This document shows positions 26,198 through 39,663 of a DNA stretch of 64,000 bases, one piece after another (within the stretch, counting starts at the first letter, position 1; each line of letters begins with the position of its first letter). The notes below the pieces were generated by a model, which was given only the letters and a program-made list of their open reading frames with translations, searched no databases and was not told the DNA's origin. This DNA is from Eledone cirrhosa. Its lineage: Eukaryota. Both the position numbers and the translations under genes were made by a program. Where the stretch lies: NCBI GenBank assembly GCA_964016885.1, contig OZ024744.1, positions 79,608,001-79,672,000 on the forward strand, written 5' to 3'.

Positions 26198-29100
26198 TTA
26201 GTCTTAGTCTTAGAGTCTTCCTTGCCGTTTGGCGCATCGAGCAGTAAGTACTCGCCAATGGTCACGATCAGCAGCAACTTTTTCGAGACCGTGCCAGGTG
26301 ATGTTGGCTGCCATCAGGTCCTTCTGGAACGTTTGTCGCCAGGTGATCCTTGGGCAACCCCGCCTCTGTTTACCACCAGGCGGAGTCCAGTTCATCACTG
26401 TTTTCGAATGCCGTTCATTTGACAGACGCAGAGTATGGCCAGCCAGACAACACCGACGCTGCGTGACCACTCTCTGTAGCACCCACGACTCGGCTCTCCG
26501 CAGGATCTCCTCGTTTCGCACTCGGTCGTGCCAGGACACATGAAGGATCTTTCACAGGCACCGCTGGTGGAAAGCGTTCAGCCGTCTCTCTATTTTTGCC
26601 ATACTCTTCCAGGTCTCGCTCCCATAAAGCACTGTTGGCAGCACGATGCTCTTGTACAGGCGGAGCTTGGTCTTGGTGCTAATGCATGAAGACGACAAGA
26701 CTAGGGACAGCCGCTGGAAAACTGCGGCTCCTTTGCCGATCCGACAGTTGATGTCGAGCTCCGCACGTAGGTGCTTGTCAGGATGCTGTCCAGATAAGTG
26801 AAGTGATCGACTTCCTTGAGGTCCTGTTGGTTGACTCTGATCACTGGACCTGTGTTGCTGGCCGTTCTCATGACCTTGGTCTTTTTGGTGTTGATTCTCA
26901 GGCCGATCTTTTCCGCACTCTCTTGTAGGGATGTTGTTAGGGCCTGCAGATCTGCACTGTTTTCAGCGATCAAAGTGATGTCGTTGGCGAATGCCAAGTC
27001 CCTCAGCCTCGACTGCCCTCTCCATGGGATTCCTCGACCGAGTCCTTCATCCATTCGCCTTAGTACGAAATCGGCTGCCAGCAGGAACAACAGTGGAGAG
27101 AGAATGCAACCTTGTCTGACTCCGGAGACAATGTCAAAGAACTCCGTCACACCGGACTTAGTCCGCACGCAGCAGCTGGAGTTTTCATACAGGGCCTTGA
27201 AAATGGCGATGAATCTTGCAGGAATGCCGTACAGTTGCGCAACATTCCACAGCGACTCCCGGTGTACACTGTCGAATGCCTTCTGGAAATCAATAAAATT
27301 GACCGCCAAAGGCTGTTGTAGCTCAACGCATTGTTCGAGAATGTTGCGTAGTGTAAAGATCTGTTCCGTGCAAGATCGATTTTTTTCAGAAGACGGCTTG
27401 TTCCTCCCGGAGCACAGAGACGACAGCCTGCCGGAGTCGGCGCAGCAGCACAGTGCAGAACGCCTTGCCTGGGACTGACAGCAATGTGATACCACGCCAG
27501 TTGTTGCAGTCTGCCAGGTTTCCCTTCTTCGGCAGTTTGACAATGACACCGCGCTGCCACTCAAGGGGAACCCGACCAAACCTCCAGCAGTGGTTCATCA
27601 AGTCTGCCAACGCCATTATTGTGCTCTCCTCACCAAATTTGAGCAGCTCAGCAGAGATCTCATCCAGTCCGCCTGCTTTGCCGTTCCTCAAGTGGCTAAT
27701 CGCATCTCTCGTCTCTTGCTTGGTGATATGGTCCTCGCAGACTTTGAGTACCTCAGTGGTTGCTGGAGTCTCATGCGGTCATGTCTATCAGAGTGACCAG
27801 ATTTGGTTGGTTCAGCGTCTCCCGGAAGTGCTCCATCCATCTCTGCTCCTGTTCCGCTCCAGTGGTTAACGTCTTGCCATTTTTGTCCTTCACTGGCATG
27901 CTGGCACCGCTCGACATTCCTGTCAACTCCCTCACGATGCGGAATAGTGCTTTTGTGTCGTTTCGACCAGCAGCTTCCTCTGTCTCAGCACCCTTTTTCT
28001 CCAGCCAGTCACGTTTGTCCTGCCAGCAGCTTCGCTTTACCAGTCGGTCGATTTAGCGGTATACAGCATCTCTTTTCTTTTGGTCTTCCTCCGATCTGGC
28101 AGAATCTCGCTCAACTTTTGCCTTTTTTCGTCTGTCAATCAGGTCCCACATTGGTTCTTGGATCCATTTTTCCCTCCTCGTTCCTCGTCTTCGGCCAATA
28201 GTTTCTTGTGCTGCCTCAGTCACCGCTACTGTGAACATCGTCCATTGATCTTCCAGATCTGCAGCCTTACTCAACTGTTGGAATCGGTTGTGTAGCGCTA
28301 GTTGGTACAGTCGCGCTTACCGGGATACTTCAGCTTCTCCACTGCATATGGCTTTGGTCTTTCCTGTCGTGTCCGTTTCTTCAGGCGCAGTGAAGTTCCG
28401 CACACAGTAGGTGGTGGTCTGAGCCCACGTCCGCACCTCGGTACACTCTGACGTCACGTACCAAGGACCGCCAGCGCTGGTTGATGCAGATGTAGTCGAT
28501 CTCGTTTCGGCTTTTCTGGTCCAGAGACTGCCAAGTAACCTTGTGAATCGCCTTGTGTTTGAAATAGGTGTTGCTAATGCACAAGCTGTTGATGGCACAA
28601 AACAGCTGCAGTCTCTCGCCGTTGTCCGTTGTCCGCAGCAGAACCATTTGGCCCAGTGACCTGTTCCAGTCCTTGTCTGTTGCAGCCAATCTGAGCATTG
28701 AAATCACCGATCAGTAGTTTGATGTCATGGCTGGGCAAGTTATTAAATGTGTCCTGCAGCTGTTCGCAGAAGGCGTCCTTTTCGATGTTGGATGCGTCAA
28801 CAATCGGTGCGTAGCCCTGAACAACAGTGGTTTTCACATGCCCACATTGAAAAGGGGAGGTTATGATGCGCTCGCTGACTGGCTCCCATCCGATCAATGC
28901 TGGAGCTGCTCGGGCGCTGTGCTTGTCTTGGTGTCCAGAGTAGAGCAGAGTTGTGTCTCCACTGCCACTCATCTTTCCACTGCTGGTCCAGCGCATTTCA
29001 CTCACGCCCAGAATGTCCAGCTGGTAGTGGTCGAACTCGCGAAGTAGCTGAGTCAGCTTTCCTGCCTGGTATAGTGTACACACATTCCAAGTTCCAATTC

Positions 29101-29395
29101 GCATCTTTGTTTTGGTGCTCAGAATCCGGCTCATCAGAACCCAACGTCCTTTTGGCTTTGGTTGAGGTCCGTCAAGAGTGGAGTGTTTCCCACGCTTTCA
29201 TCTTCCCACGCCTTCATGTTTTTTTTGGCTTTTCTTGCTGTTTATTTAGCGGTTAGAATTTTTACAGCAGTGCTGGGTTGCTAACCCGATGCCTGCTGCC
29301 TGTATTTGACGATTCTTTGCCCACTGAGATTAGTGGTTGGCACCCCTTAGCCACGATGAGGCATCCGGTGAGACCAGGGGACTCATCAGGGGACT
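26198..29395 (-). mobile_element. Near full-length RTE-clade LINE (AP endonuclease + reverse transcriptase), frameshifted
   Basis: APE motifs (IGTWNV, LGVSEMRW, GDFNA, IDYI, SDH) and RT motifs (FIDFQKAFDSV, GVRQGCILSPLLF, LAFAND) are split over several ORFs. (TAAGAC)n 3' tail; 9-bp TSD catacattc at 26189-26197 and 29396-29404. Confidence 0.95.
29308..29380 (-). ncRNA. Candidate HDV-like self-cleaving ribozyme at the 5' end of the RTE LINE
   Basis: The minus strand reads CCCCUGG..GAU GCC UCAUCGU GGC UAAGGGG UG CCAA CCACU AAUCUC AGUGG G CAAAGA AUC. This follows the P1, P2, P3/L3, P1.1 (CA/UG), P4, J4/2-C order. P1 has one mismatch and P2 is short. Confidence 0.5.
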
Positions 29396-29443
29396 CATAC
29401 ATTCATGCCATACTAATTACAATTTCACATTTTTTTCTTCCAG

Positions 29444-29591
29444 TAATGCATGCAGGTGAAGGAACATCATGTTTCTACCGGTTTTTGACCAAAGGACAAC
29501 AATGGATATGGTTAAGAACTCGATACTATATAACATACCACCAATGGAACTCTAAACCAGAGTTTATTGTATGTACCCATAAAGTTGTCAG
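29444..29591 (+). CDS. Clock: Clock coding exon (PAS-B/PAC: [50 protein letters not shown])
   Basis: Branch-point-like tactaat at 29411-29417, ttccag acceptor and AG|gtaaga donor; 148 nt, phase 1-2. Diagnostic [13 protein letters not shown] and [18 protein letters not shown]. Confidence 0.97.
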
Positions 29592-29949
29592 GTAAGAATA
29601 ACTGATTATCTCTTAGACCAACACTCCCCTTTCCAACCTGTGGACTGTTAGGGGTGGGTGGGAAGAGAGGGGGGTTCCTTGAATGTAGTACTGGGGTTGT
29701 ATAAAGATAGTACTTTGTCTGTAAATGTAGAACTGGAGTTCTGCCAAGTTAAAGGTAAAATTGGAGAGATGCCTGTAAAGGTAGTATGGTGGTCCACTAA
29801 GGTAGTATCGGTGGTCCATAGAACTGTGGATCACATAGTACTAGGGGTCTCCACAAATGTAGTTCTGGGGATTCACAAATGTAGTACTGGTGGTTGATAG
29901 TACAGGTTATCAACAAAGTACTACCGGGGGAGGGGATGTAAATATTTTA

Positions 29950-30355
29950 CTGGGGTTCCATGAAGCTAAAACTGGAAGGGGTTGCTGGGCTGGGGGTCCA
30001 CAAAGTTACAACTAGAAGGGTTGCTGGGCTGGGGTTCCACAAAGTTACAACTAGAAGGGTTGCTGGGCTGGGGGTCCACAAAGTTACAACTAGAAGGGTT
30101 GCTGATCTGGGGGTCCACAAAGTTACAACTAGAAGGGTTGCTGGGCTGGGGGTCCACAAAGTTACAACTAGAAGGGGTGGTGATCTGGGGTTCACAAAGT
30201 TAAGACTCGAAGAGGTTGCTAGTCTGGGGTTCACAAAGTTACAAATAGAAGGGGTTGCTGGTCTGGAGTTCACAAAATTATGATTGGAAGGGGTGCTGGT
30301 TGGTAGGTCTACAAAATTATGACTGGAAAGGATTCTTGCTGGTCTGGGGGTCCAT
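29950..30355. repeat. 39-bp minisatellite, about 10 copies, degenerating outward
   Basis: Unit gggggtccacaaagttacaactagaagggttgctgggct; it produces the 13-aa periodic spurious ORFs. Confidence 0.9.
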
Positions 30356-30723
30356 AAGCTAGGTTCAAAATTTCAAGTACTTTGTTAGAAACATAACTAC
30401 GCACTACTGGCTGGCTTTACATTCTTCTCTGTATAAACATTTCGCTTTCGATTGTTATTCCCATCATATAGCATATAGCAATCTTGGTTGGGGTGTGGGG
30501 GGGGGGGGGGGGGGGGGGTTATTGTAATAGGGGAGGGGAAATCATTCATATAAAAGATTCCTGGCTAGTGAAAAAGTTGGGAACCACTGTGTTGAAAGCA
30601 TTACCTTTTGTGTGTGCTTGTGTGTTGTGGGGGAGTGATATTCTGCTCTTACATATTTCAACGGGTTGTCCAAACATCCCTGAGATGTACTTTCATCTGA
30701 AAGGATAAAAAAGATAATCCTGA

Positions 30724-30869
30724 TTGAACTCAGAGTCCCTTGAGAAGAAAAGTGTGGCAACGCCTTTGAACGAAAAAGTGCTAAATAGCAAGAATTTGAA
30801 CTCAGAGTCCCTTGAGAAGAAAAGTGTGGCAACGCCTTTGAACGAAAAAGTGCTAAATAGCAAGAATTT
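30724..30869. repeat. Exact 72-bp tandem duplication
   Basis: ttgaactcagagtccc...aaatagcaagaat is present twice in tandem. Confidence 0.9.
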
Positions 30870-31396
30870 GTGCAGGACTGTAGGGAGAAAAGTTGGCAGG
30901 TACGGCTATTTCCAGATTTACTGAGATTTGTCTAACACTGAATAACATAACAATATATGGGGTGATCCAATACTCAGATTTCTGAGCTTTTTAAAGAAAA
31001 AAAACAACAGTTTATATTGTTTATTTTGTTCAACGTATGTCTATTGTCATATATGGTATTATGTGCTAACAAAGGAGTCTCTAATTATTCAGATAACATA
31101 CTAGAAATAGCATCAAAATCTCCCTCAACATCTTTAAAAAACAGAGTCATATCCAGCATTCAAAAAATTCAAATAATCTCAAATCTAAAACACTTCTGGT
31201 TCCAAGTATTTTGGATAAAAAAAATCTTCAATCGATGTAAGGAAACTAAACTAAGAGTCATGTCTAGGAAATAATCTTGCTTAATCTGTTTAATGTCTAT
31301 TTTCATGCCTGCATCAGTTGAACAGATTGTCACGTTCTGTGTTTATACAATTATTATATGTTTTCATTTATGGTTTTTTTTCTCTCTTTTTCTTAG

Positions 31397-31569
31397 TTAC
31401 GCTGATGTTCGACATCAGATGAGGAAAGAACTTGGTTATAGTGAAGAACAAATAGAACCGGTTGCTTTAGAATCAGCACCGTCGGAGCAATCATGTCCAA
31501 GTTCCTCAGTTTGTAAATTATCACCTACCTGTGTTAACTGGACATCACAGTTACCTTCTGGAGTACAAG
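31397..31569 (+). CDS. Clock: Clock coding exon (SYADVRHQMRKELGYSEEQ... Ser/Pro-rich linker)
   Basis: tttcttag acceptor and G|gtaatt donor; 173 nt, phase 2-1. SYADVR continues the conserved VVSYAEVR motif. Confidence 0.92.
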
Positions 31570-31667
31570 GTAATTTTTGTATCTGTTTTATTGCTAGTCT
31601 CTTCAATTTCTACCATCTCTCTGCTTGTATGTTAATATATCTATCCACACACATACACACACTCTAC

Positions 31668-31705
<38 letters not shown>

Positions 31706-32217
31706 GTTTGTTTATCAACCTTGCTGCCTGCTTACCTGTCTGTATATCTGTCTATCTGATTGTCTGTTTATCTGTCTCTCTGTTAGTCTATCCATCTACC
31801 TGTTTATCTATCTATTTGTCTACATTTCTATCTGTCTACCTGTCTGTCTATCTAGCTCTTTGTTTGTTTACCAACCTTGCTGTCTCTTTTACCTGGCTTT
31901 ATTGCCGGATTTACCATTGTGCTTAGGTGTGCAGAGGATCCCATCTTTTTGCCAAAAAACATTTTTTACGAGTAAGGCGCCTCTTAACCTAACTAGCACA
32001 GGGCCTCATTTGTCCTAAATCCTGCACTGCCTGTTTGTACTCTAATTGTCTATCTGTCTGTCTATCTATATGTCTATTTGTCTGTCTGTTAGTCTATTTG
32101 TCTATCTAGCTGTCTGTCTGTCTGGCTGTCTACTAACTTTACTGTCTGTTTGTCTGTGTGTTTTTTTACACCTGTTGTTTATTTCTCATAATTTCTGTAA
32201 TTTCTTTGAAATTTCAG

Positions 32218-33068
32218 CTGGACAATTAAGGATAACGAGCGATGGAGCAGACGACACAACAGAGAAACCCCATTCCACTCTTGATGAGTTGGCCGTGTCA
32301 AGTGTGTTGACTCACCGACCAGTGCAACAGCATACACAGCCACCACAGCAGCAACAGCAGCAGTTATCAGTCCAACAGCAACAACAAATATCAACACAAC
32401 AACAGGTACAACAGCAGCAACCACAACAACCGCAACAAGTGCAGACACAACAACAGCAGCAGCAGCAGCAGCCGCTACAACAACAACAACAACAAGTACA
32501 ACAGCAAGTTCAAGCAGCTCAGCAGCAGCAGCAGCAACCACAACAGGTGCAAGTGGTACAAGCACAGCAGCAGCAGCAGCAGCAACAGCAGCAACAACAA
32601 CAAGTGGTACAAACTCAACCTTCACCTACTACTCAATACCAGACAACATCACAAGCACAGCTTTCACAACCACAACAACAAGAGCAACAACAACAAACAC
32701 AACAGCAACAACAAGCACAAGTACAAGCACAACAAACAAAACAAGCTCAAGAACAACAACTTCCTTCAAAACAGGTCCAACAGCAACAATCACAACAACA
32801 ACAACAACAAGCAGAGCAGTCACAACAACAACAAGCACAACAGCAAGCACAACAATCACAACAACAACAAGCACAACAATCACAACAAGCAGCACAGTCA
32901 CAACAACAACAACAACAACCATTAACAACAGTTCCACTTGCCACGTCTCAGAGTCACCAAATACAACAAACAACAGATATGAGTCGTCAGCAAGGTTTGG
33001 CTGTTCCAGGAATGGTTATGATGATGGGTCATTCTTCTATTCCGACAACCGATTTGGAAACTGTACAG
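32218..33068 (+). CDS. Clock: Clock polyglutamine-rich coding exon; donor at 33068 or, alternatively, 33083
   Basis: atttcag acceptor in the phase (1) required by the previous exon; open CAG/CAA-rich frame. Two in-frame phase-0 donors: CAG|gtcaat after 33068 and TTA|gtaagg after 33083. Confidence 0.85.
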
Positions 33069-36000
33069 GTCAATTCCGACTTAGTAAGGATTTACACTTC
33101 AGATGTAATAACATATCCAGTGAATTAATTCATTATTCATTAGCTTTTTTTCTCTCTCTCTATCGCTCTCTCTCTATCTCTATCTCTCTCTGTCACTCCC
33201 TCTCATTCTCTCAGTTTTATTTGCACCATTGTCATGGCAACTTTTATTCCATTTGCTTTTTCAGCTGTTTCCATATTCTTTTAATTTCTTGTATATTTCT
33301 TATTTATTTTTGTTTTCTTTTAATTTTTCAAATTCCATTCTTTTCATTGTACAGTTCTTTTGTTTTTTTCTTCAAATATCTGTCTTGAATTCTTTGATTA
33401 CATATCATAGCATCTTTTAATTTTTTTTAAAAACATTCTTTAGTCTTGGATTTTTAGCAGCTTAGTATGATTCTTATTCTATTCTTGCTGTTCCTCTTAT
33501 CCGATTCTATTATTTTCGCTCTATCATCTTTTATTTGTTTTGCTTAATTACCATTTTCATTATTGTTGTTGTTGTTTTTATTATTGTTGTTGGTATTGTT
33601 ATTGTCGTTGTTGTTATAATTGTTTTTTTTTTCCATTGTTTCGATTCTTGCGCCTAGATTAGAAACCATTCTTCTTCTTGATGTTGTTATCAGTATTATT
33701 ATTGTTGTTGTTGTTGTTGTTGTTGTTATTGTTGATGTTGTTATTATTATTATTATCATCATTAGGGCGGTGGATTGCCAGTAGCGGTAGAGGGTCGGAT
33801 GTCATGCTTTGACACATAGAGTTATGGCCCTTTCCATTCTGAGTTCAAATTGCGCCATGGTTAACTTTGCATTTCATCCTTACGGGGTCGATAAAATAAA
33901 GTGCCAGTAATGCACTGGGATAATTGCTGGCCTTGTGCCAAAAGTAGAAACAATTGTTATTATCATCATTATTATTATATTGTGATTGTTAATATTATTA
34001 TTGGACTAAATTTACTGTCAGTATTTAGTTTCATCAATCTGAGTTCATTCTAAGTTCAGATCTTGCCAGGGTCAACACTTGCTATCCATCAACTGTCCAT
34101 GGTCAATTTAAATCTTCCAACAAGGTTTTATATAAAACCTTGTTGGAAGATTTAAATTTAAATAGGAACTTTCTAAATGGATGGTTTTGTTCCATTGAAC
34201 CAGAGGCGGGTGTGGGCAGGTTGGTATTGAAATGGTTAACCGATAGGCAGTGGGAGAGAAAAGTGTGAGGTGATCCAAACATCAGGGTAGAGATTGTCAC
34301 TCAAAGTCCACCTTTTCACCAAAAAGACTAACTCTTCCCCTCTTTCCTCCCAGTCATCTCCAAAATCTTTGCTACTACCGCCACCAACAACAACACTACT
34401 GACACAGACTCCAATAGAAAAGGAAAGAAACATTTGTAACAACAAAAAAAACAACCCTAAGGGTGCACATAAGATTACCCCCCCCCCCCCCACCCCAAAT
34501 TTGAAAAAAGGGCCCATAACAAGAAAAAACAAAGTAGCCTCCAGCTTGATGTATTAACTGGACATCATCACATCATTGCATCAAGCAACACCATTCCCAT
34601 CACTACTTCTGTATCAGTAATCAGCAACACACCTCCAGCAATAACAACACTGGCACATCTATAGCCAGGCTGTTTAGACTATAGAACAAGGACTATAGAC
34701 AAGACTCGTGTGAAAAAATGCACAGAAAAGTCATACTAGCTATGCACATGGAGGTTGATTTGAAATGCAGAAATATGCATGATAAAATACCGAAGCATGG
34801 GCACAAAAAGTTGGTGCATAGAAAGGCAACATGCACCTAGGTGTAAAGGAGCCTAAAGGCAATGTAGGGTAGAAGATTTCATATGGAATGATGGATGTTA
34901 AATTTCTTTCTGAGGATGAAGCAAAGAGCCACTACACCACTTTGGTCAAGGAGTTCATCCTCATTTCCTCATATTTGCCTCAAGTGGTGAATCCATATTC
35001 ATGGGATGGGGGTAGTGCTGCCATAAATAAATGGATGATAAGAGGATGATGGCAGCTGCTTTAACTGTATATCCTGGAGATGCTCAAACTATACCAAAGA
35101 AATTGATCAGGGATCAAGATAGAGTTTTTTCATTCTTAATAACTTCAAGGTGTAATGCAGATTTCACAGAAGGTGTTGTTTTGAGGTAAAACAAGAACCA
35201 TCTAAACATAGATGGTAAGTCAGTGCTGTTTGACAGTACCTTCAAACTAGTGGTTATATCTATAATTTGATCAGAGAAACAGCGCAGTTAGATTTCTTCA
35301 ACCTTAGAAGCATTCTTGAGAGTATCCTACATTTTAGTTCTTCTTGTCGTGTCTACAAGAGTGTCAGTTACAAAGCTTGATTAGATGTGGTTCCGCCACA
35401 GCTGAACACATTGCTGTCCTTTCTCATTAAACTCTGCCAAGTCTAGTGCTGTGCATGGGGCATATCAGGATGTGCTGCGTAGTCTGTGGTTCGATGCCGC
35501 AGTCATACACAACGTCTCCATCCTTTAAATATCCCATTTTTGCAACATCGACTTTTTACATTTTAGTGCTAATGCTAATTAGGATTTTGAACACAGTGAG
35601 ATTGTATGATGGGGTTTAGCTGATACTACAGGGAGGTCTAAAAAACATCAAACATCTCCTCAAACAGTTCAATTGTCTGACAAGTACTGAACTGGGTTTC
35701 TCAAATGTACCAGTATATACATAGAACAACCACATTGGATTATCCAGATCATATCTAGATATTATATTTGTTAGATCAACTGACAAATATAGAGTATCTA
35801 CAATTTCAACTAGTCAGCTACGCAGCCAACAAATTAGTGATTTGTTCAGTTGACTTGGATAGAACACATAGGCAAGGACCCACTTACTAGGGGTGCGTTA
35901 ATAAGAAGAATGTGTTGTTCCTGGGACACAAGGCCTACAACTACTGGATTAGTGGATTAGTTAGATGGCAGTCAAAAACAACTGAAGACCGGCTACTCTA

Positions 36001-38934
36001 AAGAGGGTAATTAATCTGTAAACAAACAGAGGAATAATATATTAGATGGGGAACCAGTGAGCAAATTAGAAGAAGAGGAGATTAGGAAAAGCATTGCAAC
36101 TTACAAACTAACAGAGAGAATAATACTCAACAATTTCTTCTATGTGAAACATGAAGGCTGTATTTTGGTCCAGAAGTTAGCAAAGAGTTTGACTCATGTC
36201 ATTGATAGCTTAGTTGGGAAAACACAGTCCTAAGCAGATTTATGTGTGGCAATCTACATCTCTTTGGTGATGCTCTGATTAATTTTCAGAGGCTAGACCA
36301 ATGCAATGTACAGCAGAATCTCTTTAGTGGTCAATCCTTTAGCATTTACATTACTCTATATTTACTATTATATTTTCACTGTAAAGGCTTTATCTCACAT
36401 AATTGTCTTATGGAATCTATGAGATTTTGTCAGTATGAGTGGTCAGTTGTGGCCGGTTTGAACAGAAAGAGATAAGAGAACTCTGGCCGGATATGGCCAG
36501 TTTAAATACTAAAGGGTTACACTAAATGGCCACATGCTGAAATCGGTCAATAGTGTATTTTACTACGTCTTCTATTATATATCAACTGGTAGTTATGCTT
36601 GACATTGTTCAGGAAAGAGATGATACAGTCATTAGATCATTTCTTGGAAAAGAGTAATGACAATTCTGCAAAAATATAATATTTGAAACATAGACTGAAA
36701 AATAAGTCAGGGGTGGCAAATGCATCCTTTTCCTAGACATCCTGCCAACCAAGGCTAACATGCAATAAGCTGTACTCGTATTGCATGGCCGTTGACTCTC
36801 CTGAGTGCTTCCACTCTTTGACAGGTGTTGCTTATCAGCACATAAGGTACCCAAAAATCACTCTCCTCACCAAGCCAGCTTGGGCAGAATGGACTCCATA
36901 GACACCTTAATAACAACCCTGAACTTCTTCCATCCCATTATTGTATTTTCCAAACACCCACCTCCACTGCTAATTTGGTCACCTAGGTAGCAGAAGCTGT
37001 CTACTGTTTCTACAGAGCCCTCCCAGAGATTGGTGGTACTTGTTTCCTGTGGCTGTTTGCTGCTTGCTGTCCCAGCACAGATGCTACATATGAAACCTAC
37101 ATTCTTAGTTAAACTTCCTGAGATCCCACTACATCTTTTGTGTACCCATTGTTTGCATTTGGGGCAGAGGATGGAGTTCCTACATACAGAGCAAGGCCAT
37201 TTCCCTGAGGGAATCTGGGTTGTTTTCTCGTCTACTTACAAGAACCTTAGTCTTTGTCAGGTTGACTTTGAGACCCTTTCTTTCTAGTCCCTGCTTCCAT
37301 GTTTGGAATTTCTTCTCTAGTTCCACCATGTAAAATAAAAATGACAGCAATCCTATCTCTGTGTTGAAAGAACAATATGCTGGGCTGTTGATAGTTTTAT
37401 TGTTAGTCTAATGTTTATCACTTTAGCATTTAAACTGGCCATATCTAGTCAGAGTTCAAAATAAATAATTGTTTCTACTTTTGGCACAAGGCCAGCAATT
37501 ACCCAATGCATTACTGGTGCTTTATTCTATCGACCCCGGAAGGATGAAAGGCAAAGTTAATATCAAAAATAATATCAAAATCTCGTAGATAAAGCCTTTA
37601 TTGCGAAAATACAATAGTAAATGGTAAAGGTTTAATGACTTCATTGTGTGTGCAGTTTTAGTGGTTGGTTTAGTGAGGTAAAACAGTATGTTTCTTGTCA
37701 ACAAATGTGTCTTACATATTCAGTGGTTTTATTGTTTGTGCAGTTTTAACTTGCTGGTTCTGTTGCTTTGCAGTGAAGTGTGAGTAGTTTGCAGTGTTTT
37801 TACTTCCTAGTGGTTTCTTAATATTTTTCCTGTAACCTATTGAGGGATTTTTTTTCCTCTTTTTTTGTAGATTTGGTAAAGATCTTGATTCAATTCTAAG
37901 GTTCACTGGAATTTCTCTTCATTGTTATGCAATCTTTATTAATTGGCGCTGTCAGTTCCAAGCTAATTCAGTTCTTATTCAGAGTTACAGTCTTCATAGA
38001 CAGATCAGGTTGGATGCCCTCCTTATTGCCAACTAATTTACAGAGTGCACTGGGTATATTTTATCATGGCACCAGCATTAGAGAGGTCATGTATTGTCTC
38101 TGTTTGATCGCCAACCACTTTACAGAGTGTACTAAGTAGATTTTATTGTGACACCAACACTAGACAGGTTGCCTTGTCTTCTAGAAAACTAAAGAAGAAT
38201 CATTTCTACTTCATGTTGTTTTTGTTTTTTCAAGGCAAGAATTAGAAGGAGAGTGATGACCAAGGAGGTGGGTGAAAGAAGAGAGTCTATGAATATGGGC
38301 ATGATGGGGGAAATAGTGTGATAGGATGGTAGGGGAGGCAGTAATGGAGGTGTTAATGATAGCTATATGTAGGTTGTTGGTAGTTAATAGGAGGGTAGTT
38401 TGCAATGGTGGGCAAGAATTCCCTATTTTGTTGATTGTTACATGAAGGTCACATTTTTATGCTGACAAGTGAGTCTTCTCCAGTACTGCATGTCACCAAT
38501 CCTCTCTTTTCCTTGTCATCTTCGTCATGAGGTTCAGCTTCTTGAATTTAGTCTTCACTTTCTTCCATGTCTTCTTAGGCCTCCTTTTTCCATAAGTTCC
38601 TTTCACTTCTAGTATTTGGCACATCTTTTTTCCCATTGTCATCCTCCATATGTATTACATATCCATACTATCACAATCATCTGAATCTTCATATATCCTG
38701 CCTTTTTTTCTCTCTTTGATGACAAATGCTATTAACTATTTTCTGTGAGCTTTCCAAACATTTTATGGGATATATTTTGTGTGTATTCTTACTGCTAACT
38801 ATTATATCATCATAATTATCATCTTTTACCATCCATTTTCCATGCTGACATAGTGTCTAGAGCTGGATATCCTTCCTAAAACTATCCACTTTAAGGAGTG
38901 TATCAGATGTACTTTTTCATGGCTTCAGCACTAC

Positions 38935-39011
<77 letters not shown>

Positions 39012-39622
39012 GCATGTGTCTGAGTGAGTATGGAATTGGATTCGCAATCGTGAGGTTGTGATTTTGATTCCCAGACCGGGCGATGCTTTATATCCTTGAG
39101 CAAGACACTTTATTTCATGTTGCTCCCTCTACCTGGATTTGTGACCAACAGATAGTATTAGCAATTCGAAAGACCAATGGAAACATTGTTTCCTCGGTCC
39201 AATTTGACGAGCTCCACCCCACTCATTAAATGAGTGAGATCTGGGATCTGGTCGATCAGCTGTCAATATATATATATATAGGTTAACTTTGCTTTTCATC
39301 ATTTTGAGGTTGATAAAAATTGCCAGTCAAGTACTGGGGTCAATTCTTCCTCTGTGTCTTGTTCTCACTTACTCTTATTCTCAATCCTTCTTTTGAGAAA
39401 GACACTTTATTTTCATGTTGCCCCAGTTTACTCAGCTGTAGAAATGAGTTATGACATCATTGGTGCCAAGCTGTATCTGGCATTACCACATCGGTGTCAT
39501 GGATGTTTATATGCAGGTGTGGTAAGCAACATATATTCTAGCCATTAAAAAAAGGAAAATGAATGCTTCACCTTCAAATAAGGATGACTCAAAAGAAGAA
39601 TGTGTATAAATATATATATGTG

Positions 39623-39663
<41 letters not shown>

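Noticed and set aside
29376-29395. CUGAUGAGUCC on the minus strand at the RTE 5' junction as a hammerhead core
   Set aside because: It is created by a 12-nt junction duplication, and no GAAA or stem II partner follows.
32629-32973. Antisense Val-rich and Cys-rich ORFs
   Set aside because: They are reverse-complement shadows of the CAA/CAG polyQ exon.
34900-37330. Possible additional coding sequence
   Set aside because: It looks like heavily decayed LINE remnants; I could not establish a coherent frame, splice phase or reliable boundaries.
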